A stretch of 64,000 bases of DNA from an uncultured Methanomicrobiaceae archaeon (GCA_963826525.1 CAWGXH010000004.1:992001-1056000); one strand, 5' to 3'; positions 29,645 to 40,295 are shown, numbered from the stretch's first letter. The notes: a model not told the origin generated them from the letters alone. A program made the numbers and translations.

Positions 29645-31137
29645 CAGCGGATCTGCAGTTCAGCAGAGACCTCACTCCCGAGGCGATGCTGGCGGCGGGT
29701 GAAGCGGTACAGGAAGCAAACGAGGTTCTCTTCCGGCGGGGCGTGCCCGTGGAAGCGGAAGACGAACAGATCGGGAAGATCACGGAGTGGAGTGCTCATG
29801 ACTCCACCATCAGCCTGAAGATCGAGAGCGGTCCGTATACCCGGGCACACGATGCCCTCTTCCGGTTCCGCAAGCTGATCGCACAGGTAATGGGCAGACA
29901 TCGCCTCGGACTGCGCGAGATCACCGTCCGTTCGTTCAGCGTCGAGATTCCAGGCCATGTTCCGGACGAAGCGATCCCGAAGCTGCCGTTCATCAGGGGC
30001 GTCTCCCGCGAGGCTGAGTCTGCCCGGGTAGACCTCGTCTGCTCTGCAACCGACCTCGAAAACCGGGTTCCTGACCGGATCGTCAAGCTCATCGAAGAGA
30101 AGAAAGAGGCGGCTCTGTACGGCGGGAAGACCGAGCACTGGGAACTCGTCTTTGAGAGCGGCAAACGGGAGCGGATCTACGAAGGCAACCCCACCGAGGA
30201 GATGCTCGCACGCGGGTGGATCAAGCACGGCGCATCGCGCGGTCAGTGGATCTACGCGCCGCAGGCAGTAGCGCTCTTCCGGGCGTTCGAGCGGATCGTC
30301 GTTGAGGAGATCATCCGGCCGCTCGGTTTCTCCGAGATGATCTTTCCAAAGCTCGTCCCCTGGGAGGTCTGGATGCGCTCGGGACACGCCAAGGGCGTGT
30401 ACCCCGAGATCTACTACGTCTGCACGCCGAAGACCCGCGATCCCGCGTACTGGGAGGATGTCGCCGACTACTTCAAGGTGACCGGCGAGGTGCCCGTCGA
30501 GATGATCCGCGACAGGCTGGACGGGCCGATCGGCGGCATGTGCTACGCGCAGTGCCCGCCCTTCTGGCCGTTCGTGCAGGGCGAGACCCTGGCGAACGAC
30601 TGCCTCCCGATCCGGGTCTTCGACCGGAGCGGCACGTCGCACCGCTACGAGAGTGGGGGCATCCACGGCATCGAGCGGGTGGACGAGTTCCACCGGATCG
30701 AGATCCTCTGGCTCGGCACGGCCGAACAGACGGTCGAGACCGCAAACCGGCTCCACGAGACGTATACCCGTGTCTTTGAAGACCTCATGGAACTCGAGTG
30801 GCGGAGTGCGAAGGTGACTCCCTGGTTCATGGCACAGGAAGGCATGCTCGGCGAGTCCGGCAGCGCCGATATCGGCACGCGGGACTACGAGGCGCTGCTC
30901 CCCTACAGCAACTCCTGGCTTGAGTTCCAGAACGTCAGCGTGAACGGCGATAAGTACCCGAAAGGGTTCAACGTCAAGATCCAGAGCGGTGCCGACTGCT
31001 GGTCGGGCTGTTCCGGTATCGGCCTCGAACGGTGGACCGCGGCGTTCCTTGCTCAGAAAGGCTTTGATACCGCGAAGTGGCCGGAGGCGGTGGCGCGACT
31101 GGTCGACGAGCCGAAGGAGATCTTCAGGTTCCTCTAG
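29623..31137 (+). CDS. serS: Serine-tRNA ligase, methanogen type
   Basis: RAHDALFR N-domain; YAQCPPF, RVDEFHRIE and WSGCSGIGLERW (Zn-binding Cys/Glu/Cys). Confidence 0.92.
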   Translation: MFIRFALTADLQFSRDLTPEAMLAAGEAVQEANEVLFRRGVPVEAEDEQIGKITEWSAHDSTISLKIESGPYTRAHDALFRFRKLIAQVMGRHRLGLREITVRSFSVEIPGHVPDEAIPKLPFIRGVSREAESARVDLVCSATDLENRVPDRIVKLIEEKKEAALYGGKTEHWELVFESGKRERIYEGNPTEEMLARGWIKHGASRGQWIYAPQAVALFRAFERIVVEEIIRPLGFSEMIFPKLVPWEVWMRSGHAKGVYPEIYYVCTPKTRDPAYWEDVADYFKVTGEVPVEMIRDRLDGPIGGMCYAQCPPFWPFVQGETLANDCLPIRVFDRSGTSHRYESGGIHGIERVDEFHRIEILWLGTAEQTVETANRLHETYTRVFEDLMELEWRSAKVTPWFMAQEGMLGESGSADIGTRDYEALLPYSNSWLEFQNVSVNGDKYPKGFNVKIQSGADCWSGCSGIGLERWTAAFLAQKGFDTAKWPEAVARLVDEPKEIFRFL

Positions 31138-31195
31138 GAAATTCTGGAAACAAACGCAGATAATGAAAAACAGAAGATGAAAGCGAAGTGATACT

Positions 31196-31789
31196 ATGGC
31201 AAGAAAGAAGCAGGTTGGAAGAAGAGTAGAAGGCTGGAAGGCAAAGAAGTGGTACCGGGTGCATGTCCCGGACGCCTTCGGCAAGATCGAGATCGGCGAC
31301 ACGATCTCCGCCGACGCCGACAATATGATCGGCCGTGTGATGACTGCGACCCTCGGTGAAGTCGTTTCGGACTACTCCAAGTCGCATATCAAGATGAAGT
31401 TCAAGATCAACAGTGTAGCAGGCGAATCTGCCTACACCGAGTTCGTGGGGCACGAAGTGACCCGGGACTACCTCCGGTCGATGGTCAAGCGCCGGACGTC
31501 CCGGATCGACACGATCATGCCGGTCATCACCAAAGACGGCAAGAAGGTCCGCCTGACTATCGTCTGCCTCACCCTCACCCGGGCGGAGCAGAGCCAGATC
31601 CACTCGATCCGTCAGACGATCATGCAGCAGATCGCCGCCCGCGCTGCCGAGTCCGACTTTGACACGCTCGTCAAGGACGTCATGTCCGGCGATCTTTCCC
31701 GGGACCTCTTCAAGGCCGTCAAGACGATCTACCCCGTCCGGCGCGTCGAGATTACGAAGTCCAAGCTCGAGCGGATTGCGGCCGTATAG
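31196..31789 (+). CDS. rps3ae: 30S ribosomal protein S3Ae (eS1)
   Basis: WKAKKWYRV..DYLRSMVKRRTSRID..IYPVRRVEITKS. Confidence 0.97.
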   Translation: MARKKQVGRRVEGWKAKKWYRVHVPDAFGKIEIGDTISADADNMIGRVMTATLGEVVSDYSKSHIKMKFKINSVAGESAYTEFVGHEVTRDYLRSMVKRRTSRIDTIMPVITKDGKKVRLTIVCLTLTRAEQSQIHSIRQTIMQQIAARAAESDFDTLVKDVMSGDLSRDLFKAVKTIYPVRRVEITKSKLERIAAV

Positions 31790-32012
31790 GCCGATCCGTC
31801 GACTCTTTTTTCCGCAAACCCGGATGCCGGTCAGGAGCCTCCGGAAGATGCGAATCCCGGTTATCTCATCCCGCATGCCGTCCCCGGCCGATGTCCCGGC
31901 GATATTCAACCGGTTGACTGAGGTCTCCGACCCAAATTATTATGTCCTCGAACAGGTACATGCCCCCGCGTACGTGAGCGAGCATCGCTGTCGGAAGGGA
32001 GGTGAAAGAGTG

Positions 32013-32462
32013 ATGTACCAGTCTTTGGAGAGGCGACCCCCCCGGTCACGGGGCGTGGTGCAGAGTGCGCGCGCCGTTGATCCGTGTTCTGAGCAGCAGT
32101 CCGCCGTAATGGCCTTGATCTCGCGGGTACTCATGGATTTTCACAGCGACTGGAACTTGCTCAGGCAGGAGAAGAAGGGGGAGGACTGGCTTTCTGCGGC
32201 GAATGCTCTCCTCGATTGCTACTCCCACGAGATGTACGATCTGGCGCGGGCAATCCAGGGTATTCTTGCCGAGGATATGGAATGTCACATCCGTGCGCTC
32301 TCCGCGGATATGATCACGACGACCAACATCTGTCACATGGTCGGGTGTGACCGGGAGTATCTGGAACGGGGTGACGAACTGGCAGAGCGTGCACGTCATT
32401 CTGCCGATTGGTTTGTTCTCAGGTGTCGGATAAGACAGAGAGTGCAGGTCCCCGCTCGGTGA
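32013..32462 (+). CDS. Hypothetical protein
   Basis: GGAGGTGA RBS before ATG 32013; helical composition. Confidence 0.6.
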   Translation: MYQSLERRPPRSRGVVQSARAVDPCSEQQSAVMALISRVLMDFHSDWNLLRQEKKGEDWLSAANALLDCYSHEMYDLARAIQGILAEDMECHIRALSADMITTTNICHMVGCDREYLERGDELAERARHSADWFVLRCRIRQRVQVPAR

Positions 32463-32531
32463 GACCCCTCTTTCATCCGCATTTCTGAAGACCGGATAAA
32501 GTAATGCTTCTTTGCGTCACATCTCTCTTCG

Positions 32532-33767
32532 ATGACCGCACAGAAGATCCTGCTCCTGGTGCTCGACGGGATATCCGATCGCCCCTGCACGTCACTTGGG
32601 GGGCTGACCCCCCTGCAGGCTGCAGACACGCCGAACCTCGACCGGTTCGCGGCGGAAGGAATCACCGGTATTATGGATACGATAGCGCCCGGCATCAGAC
32701 CCGGCTCCGATACGGCGCACCTGAGTCTGCTCGGCTATCCACCCGAACGCTACTATACCGGACGAGGGCCTCTTGAGGCGGAGGGCTCAGGTATCCACAT
32801 GGAGCCCGGGATGATCGGGTTTCGGTGCAACTTTGCCACGGTGAACGGAAACGGCCTGATCACCGATCGGCGGGCCGGCCGGATTCACGATACCGGGGAG
32901 CTCTCGGCGGCGATCAGGGACGGCGTCGACCTCTCCGCGTATGAAGTCGGGTTCCGGTTCGAGTCCGGTGCCGGGCATCGCGCCGCTCTTGCGTTCGTGG
33001 GAGATCTCCTCGGCGACCGGGTCACGTCGAACGACCCGAAGAAAGAGGGCGCAGAGCCGCTTTCCATCAGACCGATCGGCGATGCACCTGCCGACGAGAA
33101 GACGGCAGCCGTCTGCAACGAGTTCATCCGCCAGTCACGCGAGATACTCTTCGATCATCCCCTCAACATCGAACGGCTGGAACAGGGTTTGCCGCCCGCA
33201 AACCTCCTCCTGATCCGGGGCGCCGGGCGAATGGGGCATTTCGAGCCGTTTGAAGAGCGCTACGGCCTTTCGGGCAGCGTCATCTCGGCCGCCACCCTGA
33301 TCTCGGGGATCGGGATGGTCGTTGGGCTCGAACATATCCCGGTGCCGGGTGCGACCGGTTCGGTGGACTCGGATCTTGACGCCAAGGTGGCGGCAACCCT
33401 GCGCGAGCTCGAGCAGAAGGACTTCGCGCTCCTGAACATAAAAGGCGCGGATGAGGCCGGGCACGATGGAAAGCCCGAACAGAAGCGGGATTTCATCGAG
33501 GTTATCGACGCGGCGCTCGCACCGTTCGGGGCGCTCGAGGGCTGTCTGCTCGTGATCTGCGGCGACCACAGCACACCCTGCTCGGTGAAGGATCACAGCG
33601 CAGACCCGGTGCCGCTGGTGATCCGGGGAGATGGCGTCAGGACGGACCGAATACAGCGTTTTGACGAGATATCCTGTGCTGAGGGGGGAATTAACCGGAT
33701 CCGCGGCCTTGATCTGATGCCGATTGCTCTCGATCTAATAAACAAGGCTCATAAATACGGCGCATGA
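32532..33767 (+). CDS. apgM: 2,3-BPG-independent phosphoglycerate mutase (archaeal)
   Basis: LDGISDRP; PGSDTAHL; YTGRGPLEA; DEAGHDG; GDHSTP. Confidence 0.95.
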   Translation: MTAQKILLLVLDGISDRPCTSLGGLTPLQAADTPNLDRFAAEGITGIMDTIAPGIRPGSDTAHLSLLGYPPERYYTGRGPLEAEGSGIHMEPGMIGFRCNFATVNGNGLITDRRAGRIHDTGELSAAIRDGVDLSAYEVGFRFESGAGHRAALAFVGDLLGDRVTSNDPKKEGAEPLSIRPIGDAPADEKTAAVCNEFIRQSREILFDHPLNIERLEQGLPPANLLLIRGAGRMGHFEPFEERYGLSGSVISAATLISGIGMVVGLEHIPVPGATGSVDSDLDAKVAATLRELEQKDFALLNIKGADEAGHDGKPEQKRDFIEVIDAALAPFGALEGCLLVICGDHSTPCSVKDHSADPVPLVIRGDGVRTDRIQRFDEISCAEGGINRIRGLDLMPIALDLINKAHKYGA

Positions 33768-33789
33768 AGATCTTAGCGGCGGCAGACTC

Positions 33790-34635
33790 ATGGAGGATAC
33801 AGCGAAGCACGACTGGATCAGGGAATGCTCGCTCCCCGACAGCACCGAGCTGCAGGAGCGGCTGCTCAAGACCGACCAGGATATCATCATCGGCGACCGC
33901 TGCCAGATAGATTACGGCCTTGCGGGCAAGGACATTGTTGTCTGTGAATTCTGCAAGATAAACGGGAATATCCTCGCCTCGGGTGACGTCAGGATCGATA
34001 ACTGGTGCGAGGTGACCGGGAACGTCTTTGTAGACGAGGATGCCTACCTCGGCGAGGGGGTCAAGATCCGGGGCAAGCTCGTCGTCCTCGGCGATCTCGA
34101 TATCGGTGACAACGTCCAGATCGACCAGGGTTTCGAGGCGAAGGGCTGGATCTCGATCCGGAACCCGATGCCGGTCATCGTCTACCTCATGCTCTACCTG
34201 GTGGCGCTCCTCGGTATCGAGAAGGAAGAAGAACTCGAATCGGTCATGCAGAAGATCTTCGGCGAGGAGGAGACCGAAAAGACTCCCCCGCTGATGATCC
34301 CGGGAGGCGCGGTGATGAACATGCAGACCATCACCGTCCCCGACCGCATGGCCATCGGCAGGGGATGCCGCCTGCACGGCAACATCAAGGCGGGCTCGGT
34401 TACGGTGCTCGGGAACACGACGCTCTTCGGGAGCCTGCATGCCCGTGATGCCGTCACGGTCGCGGAAGGATCGGTCGTGCACGGCGACCTCCGGAGCGAC
34501 GGCGATGTCACGCTGGAACAGAGCGTGCGCATTCTCGGGGATGTCATCTGCAGGAAGCTGACACTCCACGAGGAAGCGCGGGTGGACGGTACCATCCGGG
34601 CACCGGACGGACTGAAGATAGAGAGGGTTACATGA
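33790..34635 (+). CDS. Bactofilin-like (polymer-forming cytoskeletal, COG4801-like) beta-helix protein
   Basis: Two blocks of (V/I)xGxIxxxxxVxI repeats separated by a hydrophobic segment RNPMPVIVYLMLYLVALL. Confidence 0.75.
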   Translation: MEDTAKHDWIRECSLPDSTELQERLLKTDQDIIIGDRCQIDYGLAGKDIVVCEFCKINGNILASGDVRIDNWCEVTGNVFVDEDAYLGEGVKIRGKLVVLGDLDIGDNVQIDQGFEAKGWISIRNPMPVIVYLMLYLVALLGIEKEEELESVMQKIFGEEETEKTPPLMIPGGAVMNMQTITVPDRMAIGRGCRLHGNIKAGSVTVLGNTTLFGSLHARDAVTVAEGSVVHGDLRSDGDVTLEQSVRILGDVICRKLTLHEEARVDGTIRAPDGLKIERVT

Positions 34636-35463
34636 CAATTGCAGAATTACTTGATGTGGATGCGTGCCGGCTGATCGAGCCGTCGTTTGCCGAGCTGACG
34701 GAAGAATACTACACGAACCTGCTGCTCCGGGCGCTCGCCGACGATGCCCGGCTGCTGGTCGACGAAGATGAGGAACCGCTCGCGCTGGCGCTCCACGACG
34801 ACCAGGGTTGGCATGCGGCCTCGTTCCTCTTCCGTGCCCCGACGCTCGCGGCGATCGAGTGTTTCGAGGCGTTTGAAGGGGAGATCTACCAGGACGATCG
34901 CGAAGCATGGCTCGCGGCGGTCAGGGAATACTACAGCCTCGAGATCCGCCGCACGGTGCTCCCGGCCGTCGAGGATCTGCCGGGGGATCGGACGGCGAAG
35001 ATCGAGGGCCCTCATCCGGGAGGTCTGGGGCGGCCGGAGCGGATCGCTCTGCCTCGACTGCTGCTGTGGTTCCGGGGCCGGCACCGCCGCTCTCCACGCC
35101 GCCGGCATCCGGTCGCTTGCCTACGACAACGACTCCGCCCTCCTCTCCCTCGGTCTTGCCCGGGGCAGGCTCAGCCCGTCCGAGACGGTCTGCATCGACG
35201 GCAGGGCGGCGGCGACGTATATCAGCCCGGCGCCGCTCGGTGCCGCCTTCATGGCAGGCGAGATCACCGCGTACAATGCGGAGATGTGGGAAGGGATCGT
35301 CGATCAGCTCCTCGCCCTCACCGATGAGACGCTTATCACGCTCGGCACCGAGCAGGAATCCGGGATGGTGCGCACGTGGTGTCTCGAACGGGAGCGTAAG
35401 CCTGAAGTGTTCGAAAATGATCGCGATCCGCTCTACGATCGCTGGTGCTGTCTCGTCCGGTAG
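34632..35463 (+). CDS. Hypothetical protein with a class I SAM-binding-like motif (frameshift near 35008)
   Basis: CLDCCCGSGAG..LAYDND; ATGA overlap with the upstream gene. Confidence 0.65.
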
Positions 35464-35716
35464 ATCGATCCCGTTCTCCTTTTTGCTCACGGTCAAAAGG
35501 CTTTCCCGTGTGCGCTTATGCCTATCTGTCAGCCGGTGAGCTGATATTCCTCGTTTTTGGGCAGCGCTCCTCTGATAACTTTCCGGAAAGTTAATAAAAT
35601 ATGGGGATCCTTTCCGTGTAAGTTCAAGTCAGAGTCCCCCCTCAATCTGCATCGCACCGGTGCGGCATCGGGATGAATTCTCCTTGCCTCCTCCTTACCC
35701 GTATGGACGTGACGGT

Positions 35717-37471
35717 ATGGATCTCCGCAGCAAAGTCATTCTCATCGTCATCGCGACACTTGCAACACTTCTCGTAGCCCATGTCCTGATATCCGACGCC
35801 GTCGTGATGCAGAGTTACTCCGATCTCGAGCTCCGGGAGACCCGTCAGCATCTCGAACGCACCCGGATCGGGATCGATAACGAAGTCGGGAGGATCGATA
35901 CGCTCTGCAGGGACTGGGCATGGTGGGACGACACCTACCGGTTTATCGGAGAGGGGGATGATGCCTACGTCGGGTCGAACCTCATCGACTCCACGTTCAG
36001 TCAGCTCCGCCTGAGCATGGTACTCTACGTAAACCAGTCGGGAACAGTCGTCTTCGGGAAGGGATACGATCTCGCTGCCGGGATGCCGGTAACACTCCCT
36101 GATGCCCTTCTCGACCGGATCACCTCCGACGACCGGCTGAGCGGCCATGTCGATACGGCGAGCGGCGTCGCCGGGCTGATCCTGCTCCCGGAAGGGCCGA
36201 TGCTCGTCTCCTCGCAGCCGATCACCTCGAGCAACGGGGAGCTGCCTGTTCGGGGTACCCTGATCATGGGGCGGTATCTCGACGACACCACGATGGAAGC
36301 GTTGCAGTCGACCACTCTCCTGCCGCTCGCTCTCCTGACGAGGGAGGAATGGGCGCCGCTGAACGATTCCTGGGAGCCGTTACCGGCATCGGGGTCGATG
36401 CTGATACGAACGATAAACCCGGACACCACCACCGGCTACGTGCTGCTTGAGGATATCTACGGCGAACCGGCCGTCATGTTGCGCACCGACCTCCCCCGGA
36501 CGATCTACAACCAGGGACGCGCAACACTCAACTATCTCCTCGGTTTCATCGTTGTAGCCGGACTTCTCTTCGGTTTCGTGACCCTCTCCCTCCTCGAGCG
36601 GACGACCCTCTCACAGATGGGGAGGCTCAGCGACACCGTCGCCGGGATCGGGGCGAGGCGCGATTTCGCATCCCGGCTCCCGGCGGACGGGGAGACCGAA
36701 CTCTCCCGACTTGCCGGCGCGATCAACGGCATGCTCGGGGAACTCGAGGCGGCCCGCCGGGAACTCCAGGAGAGCAGCGACCGCTACCACCTCCTCTTCA
36801 ACAGCGGCAACGACTTTATGATCGTCTGTGCCGTCACCGACGACGGTGCTCCCGGCAGGATCCTCGACGTCAACGATCTCGTCTGCCGACGGCTCGGCTA
36901 CACCCGGCCAGAACTGCTCGCTACCCCGATATCCACGCTCGTCCCCGACGGCGAGGTCGTCTCCTTCCCCGCCCGCCGCCTTCACCTGACCCATCTGGTG
37001 AAGAAACGGGGAGGGACGATCCCGGTCGAGGTGAACACCCACCCCGTCACCCTCGGCACGGAGAAGGCGATGCTCGCGATCGCCCGGGACGTCACCGAGC
37101 GGCAGATAGCGGAGGAGGAACTGACGCGGCACCGGCAGCATCTCGAAGAGATGGTCGAAGAGCGAACGGATGCGCTGGTTCTGCTCAACGAACGGCTGCA
37201 GCGCGAGATCATCGAACGCCGGAAGATAGAGCAGCACAGGAAAGAGGCTTACGAGCAGATCGAACGGAACATCGAACAGTTCGCGATCCTTGCCGATCAT
37301 ATCCGCCATCCGCTCCAGGTGATCCAGGGAATGGCCGACCTCCTTGACGACGAAGCGAAAGGAGCGAAGATAGCGATGCAGGTCGAACGGATCGATGCGA
37401 TCATCAAACAGCTCGACCAGGGCTGGGTCGAGTCCGAGGAGATCCGGATATTCTTAAAGAGATATTCCTGA
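35717..37471 (+). CDS. CHASE4-HAMP-PAS membrane sensor with a HisKA-like tail and no ATPase domain
   Basis: DWAWWDDTYRF CHASE4 motif; two TMs; HAMP (ETELSRLAGAINGML); PAS; ends ..ADHIRHPL..LDQGWVESEEIRIFL. Confidence 0.85.
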   Translation: MDLRSKVILIVIATLATLLVAHVLISDAVVMQSYSDLELRETRQHLERTRIGIDNEVGRIDTLCRDWAWWDDTYRFIGEGDDAYVGSNLIDSTFSQLRLSMVLYVNQSGTVVFGKGYDLAAGMPVTLPDALLDRITSDDRLSGHVDTASGVAGLILLPEGPMLVSSQPITSSNGELPVRGTLIMGRYLDDTTMEALQSTTLLPLALLTREEWAPLNDSWEPLPASGSMLIRTINPDTTTGYVLLEDIYGEPAVMLRTDLPRTIYNQGRATLNYLLGFIVVAGLLFGFVTLSLLERTTLSQMGRLSDTVAGIGARRDFASRLPADGETELSRLAGAINGMLGELEAARRELQESSDRYHLLFNSGNDFMIVCAVTDDGAPGRILDVNDLVCRRLGYTRPELLATPISTLVPDGEVVSFPARRLHLTHLVKKRGGTIPVEVNTHPVTLGTEKAMLAIARDVTERQIAEEELTRHRQHLEEMVEERTDALVLLNERLQREIIERRKIEQHRKEAYEQIERNIEQFAILADHIRHPLQVIQGMADLLDDEAKGAKIAMQVERIDAIIKQLDQGWVESEEIRIFLKRYS

Positions 37472-37479
37472 GGGGGAGC

Positions 37480-39489
37480 CTACTCCTGGCGCTGCTCAGC
37501 GCACTCGAGCTCGGCGACGATCCCGGCAGCATCGTCCATCTTCGTCACGAGCCGCCGGATCTCGAGGAGACGCTCCATCCCGATGAAGTGCTCGGCCATC
37601 ACCCGCGCCATATCAGTCAGCTCGATCCGTCCCGCTCTCCGCCGCACGAGCTGTTCGTCGAGGAGCGCGGAGAGCACCGGCTCGAGCGTCCCGACCATCA
37701 GATTGTTCAACCTGATGAGTTGCTGCTCGTCGCCGCCGCAGACGACGGCGTTCGCAACGAACTCCTCGGAGTCTCCTCGAGGTCGTACTCCGGTGCAACC
37801 TCTTCCATCTCGCCCCGCAGAAGGCCGACGGCGACTTCGTCCTCGGTCTTGCCGGAGGTGCGGGAGGTACGATCCGCCGGGTTCGGCCAGGATCACAATC
37901 CGGCCGAGGTCATGGTAGTCGGGACGCCCGGCCCGCCCCATCATCTGGTGGAACTCCCCGACGCCGAGCCACTGGATACCCATGGCAAGGGCATCGAAGA
38001 CAACCTGCGATGCCGGGAAATCGACACCGGCTGCGAGAGCCGCTGTTGTGACCACGGCGGCGATATCTCCGTTTGCAAAGCGGTTTTCGACGTCCCGCCG
38101 CTCCTGCGACGAGAGCCCGGCGTGATACGGGGCTGCTTTCCTGCCGAGTGCATCGGCGATAACGTGACACCGGGCACGGGCGTTTGTGAAGACGATCGTC
38201 TGTCCGCGGTATCCTTTCGACGACCGCTGTTTGAACTCTTCGATCACCAGTTGCTTGATAAAGTCGATCTTCTTCGTCCGCTCCACGAAGAGCAGGTGCC
38301 GTTCGAGCGGGACGGGGCGCTCGGCGTACCTGATGAGCTGAGCGTTCAGCTTCTTCGCAAGCAGCCCCGGCATCCCGATGGTGGCGGAGAGGTAGAGGAA
38401 CTGCGCCTTTGGAGCGACGTGCTTGAGGCGGGCGATCAGTCCGTCGAGGCGGTGGCCGCGCTCGGGGTCTTCGAGCATCTGCACCTCGTCGATCACCACC
38501 GTGCCGATATCCTTGAGCATCCGTCCTGTTCTGAGCGCATGGTCGATCCCTTCGTAGGTGCCGACGACGATCGGTGCACCGATGTCCCGTTCCCCGACCG
38601 GGCGGGTCTCGGGGAGGTTCAGCCTGCTGACGCCCGTCTGCAGGGAGACCCGGACAAGGTGACCGTAGCGGTCGCGGAACCGCTGGTATTTCTGGTTGGC
38701 AAGCGCCACCAGGGGAACGAGAAAGAGCGTCCTCCCTTTGCCTTCAAGGAAGTTCTTCATCCCCGCCATCTCGCCGATGAACGTCTTCCCGCTGGCGGTT
38801 GCCGAGACCACCAGCAGGTGCTGCCGTTCAAGGAGGCCGCCTTCTACTGCGAGCTCGCTGCACCGGCATGAGGTACTCGATCCCCGAGGCCTTTGCAAAA
38901 GCCGGGGGGAGGGGAGCTCGGTGATATGAACGGTATCCTCTCTGGCATGGGCTTCGAGGCGATCAAAGAGCGTCTTTGACCTATCCAGATGATCTGGTCC
39001 TACCGATGCGAGAACCTTGTTAAGGTCGCGGATCTGTTCGAGCAGCTGCTCGAGGTGGGAGAGTATGGAGCCGCCGAATTTGCCCATGTACCCGAGCTCC
39101 CGCCGCAGCTCCCGCTTTGCACACTCCATGCAGATCCACTCGCTCCCGTAGCGGACAGCGGTCGACTTATCGATCGGAGCGAACCGATCCTCGAGCTGGC
39201 AGAGCCGGCAGATGGTGATCCGGGTGTAGGGGATCTGCAGATCGCTTAAGAACGACTCAAACTCCCTGCTCCCTCCTGCAAGCTGCACCTTCGACCGACG
39301 GAGTACGGCGATGAAGTCGCGGGTGGGAACCGGCTTGAGCTGCTTCTGCTTTTTCCGGATCTTGAAGTTCTTCGGCCGCTGTCCTTTCGGTGTGCCGGCG
39401 AGATCGACGAATCCGGAGGCGGTGACCCGGCCTCCGTCGATGAACAACAGTTTATACGTGCCTTTCTGCGGCTGGATAATGAGTTTCAT
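37480..39489 (-). CDS. Ski2-like SF2 helicase (COG1202-like), with compensating indel pairs
   Basis: SATASGKT; DEVQ; SAT; YHAGL; LAAGVDFP; QMMGRAGRP. Confidence 0.9.
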   Translation of the reverse strand: MKLIIQPQKGTYKLLFIDGGRVTASGFVDLAGTPKGQRPKNFKIRKKQKQLKPVPTRDFIAVLRRSKVQLAGGSREFESFLSDLQIPYTRITICRLCQLEDRFAPIDKSTAVRYGSEWICMECAKRELRRELGYMGKFGGSILSHLEQLLEQIRDLNKVLASVGPDHLDRSKTLFDRLEAHAREDTVHITELPSPRLLQRPRGSSTSCRCSELAVEGGLLERQHLLVVSATASGKTFIGEMAGMKNFLEGKGRTLFLVPLVALANQKYQRFRDRYGHLVRVSLQTGVSRLNLPETRPVGERDIGAPIVVGTYEGIDHALRTGRMLKDIGTVVIDEVQMLEDPERGHRLDGLIARLKHVAPKAQFLYLSATIGMPGLLAKKLNAQLIRYAERPVPLERHLLFVERTKKIDFIKQLVIEEFKQRSSKGYRGQTIVFTNARARCHVIADALGRKAAPYHAGLSSQERRDVENRFANGDIAAVVTTAALAAGVDFPASQVVFDALAMGIQWLGVGEFHQMMGRAGRPDYHDLGRIVILAEPGGSYLPHLRQDRGRSRRRPSAGRDGRGCTGVRPRGDSEEFVANAVVCGGDEQQLIRLNNLMVGTLEPVLSALLDEQLVRRRAGRIELTDMARVMAEHFIGMERLLEIRRLVTKMDDAAGIVAELECAEQRQE

Positions 39490-40295
39490 GAGACTATCAG
39501 GTCGTGGATGGTATAGGCGAGCCCCGCCGTCTCGAGGCGCTTTAAAAAGTCGGTGAACTCCTCGTCGACGATGAGGATGGCGCACTCCCTCCCGTGGAAG
39601 GCCGCCTCGACGACGCCCTCGCGGGACCCGAAGAACATGTCGGGCTCGCACCCCGCCTTCTTCAGTGCGACGTAGGATTCGAGCCCCACGGCCGCCACCA
39701 TCTCGGCACGGTCGATGGCGCTCCGAAGAAGCGTGCTGCTGACTTTCCGCGACCCGCCCCGTTCGACCCGGGGAACCTTGCAGACATGGATGAGCCCTTC
39801 GCGATGCTCGATGATGCCTTCGAGGTGCGAAACACCGATGTCTTCGCCGGGTGCGGCATCCATCGTGGCCTCTCCCATAGCCGTCTTCTCCTGAAGTGTA
39901 GCGTAGAGCCATCCGTCTTTCATGAATACCCCGATCCGATCCCCTTTTCGAATCTCGTCCCGTGCAAGGGCCGTCCAGACTGCGACCTGCTGGATAATAT
40001 CCTTCGTAACGTGACGGGCGTATGCCTCGAGCGCCTCGGCGTTCCGAAGCACCCATTCGACGCCGCTCTTCGTTACCTCGTAGCGGCCCCTGCCGTGAGC
40101 GGCGACGAGCCCTTCGTCCACCATTTCACGGATATACTCCGATACTGCCTGGGGCGTCACCCCGAGTTTCTCTGCGATCTCCTGCTGCCGGACGGCCGGC
40201 TGATGCTCGGCGATCTCGACCAGGATCTGGAACCGCGTTGCCTCACGCTTGCTTCGCAGGATGATATACAGGGGATCTTCACGAACTTCTGTCAA
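39486..40295 (-). CDS. Winged-helix transcriptional regulator (COG1497-like)
   Basis: QQEIAEKLGVTPQAVSEYIREMVDEG..GRGRYEVT. Confidence 0.85.
   Translation of the reverse strand: MTEVREDPLYIILRSKREATRFQILVEIAEHQPAVRQQEIAEKLGVTPQAVSEYIREMVDEGLVAAHGRGRYEVTKSGVEWVLRNAEALEAYARHVTKDIIQQVAVWTALARDEIRKGDRIGVFMKDGWLYATLQEKTAMGEATMDAAPGEDIGVSHLEGIIEHREGLIHVCKVPRVERGGSRKVSSTLLRSAIDRAEMVAAVGLESYVALKKAGCEPDMFFGSREGVVEAAFHGRECAILIVDEEFTDFLKRLETAGLAYTIHDLIVS

Noticed and set aside
29641-31323. Long antisense ORFs (also 57043-59397, 25684-27123, 37588-38871)
   Set aside because: These are shadow ORFs from high-GC codon bias opposite well-identified genes and carry no motifs.
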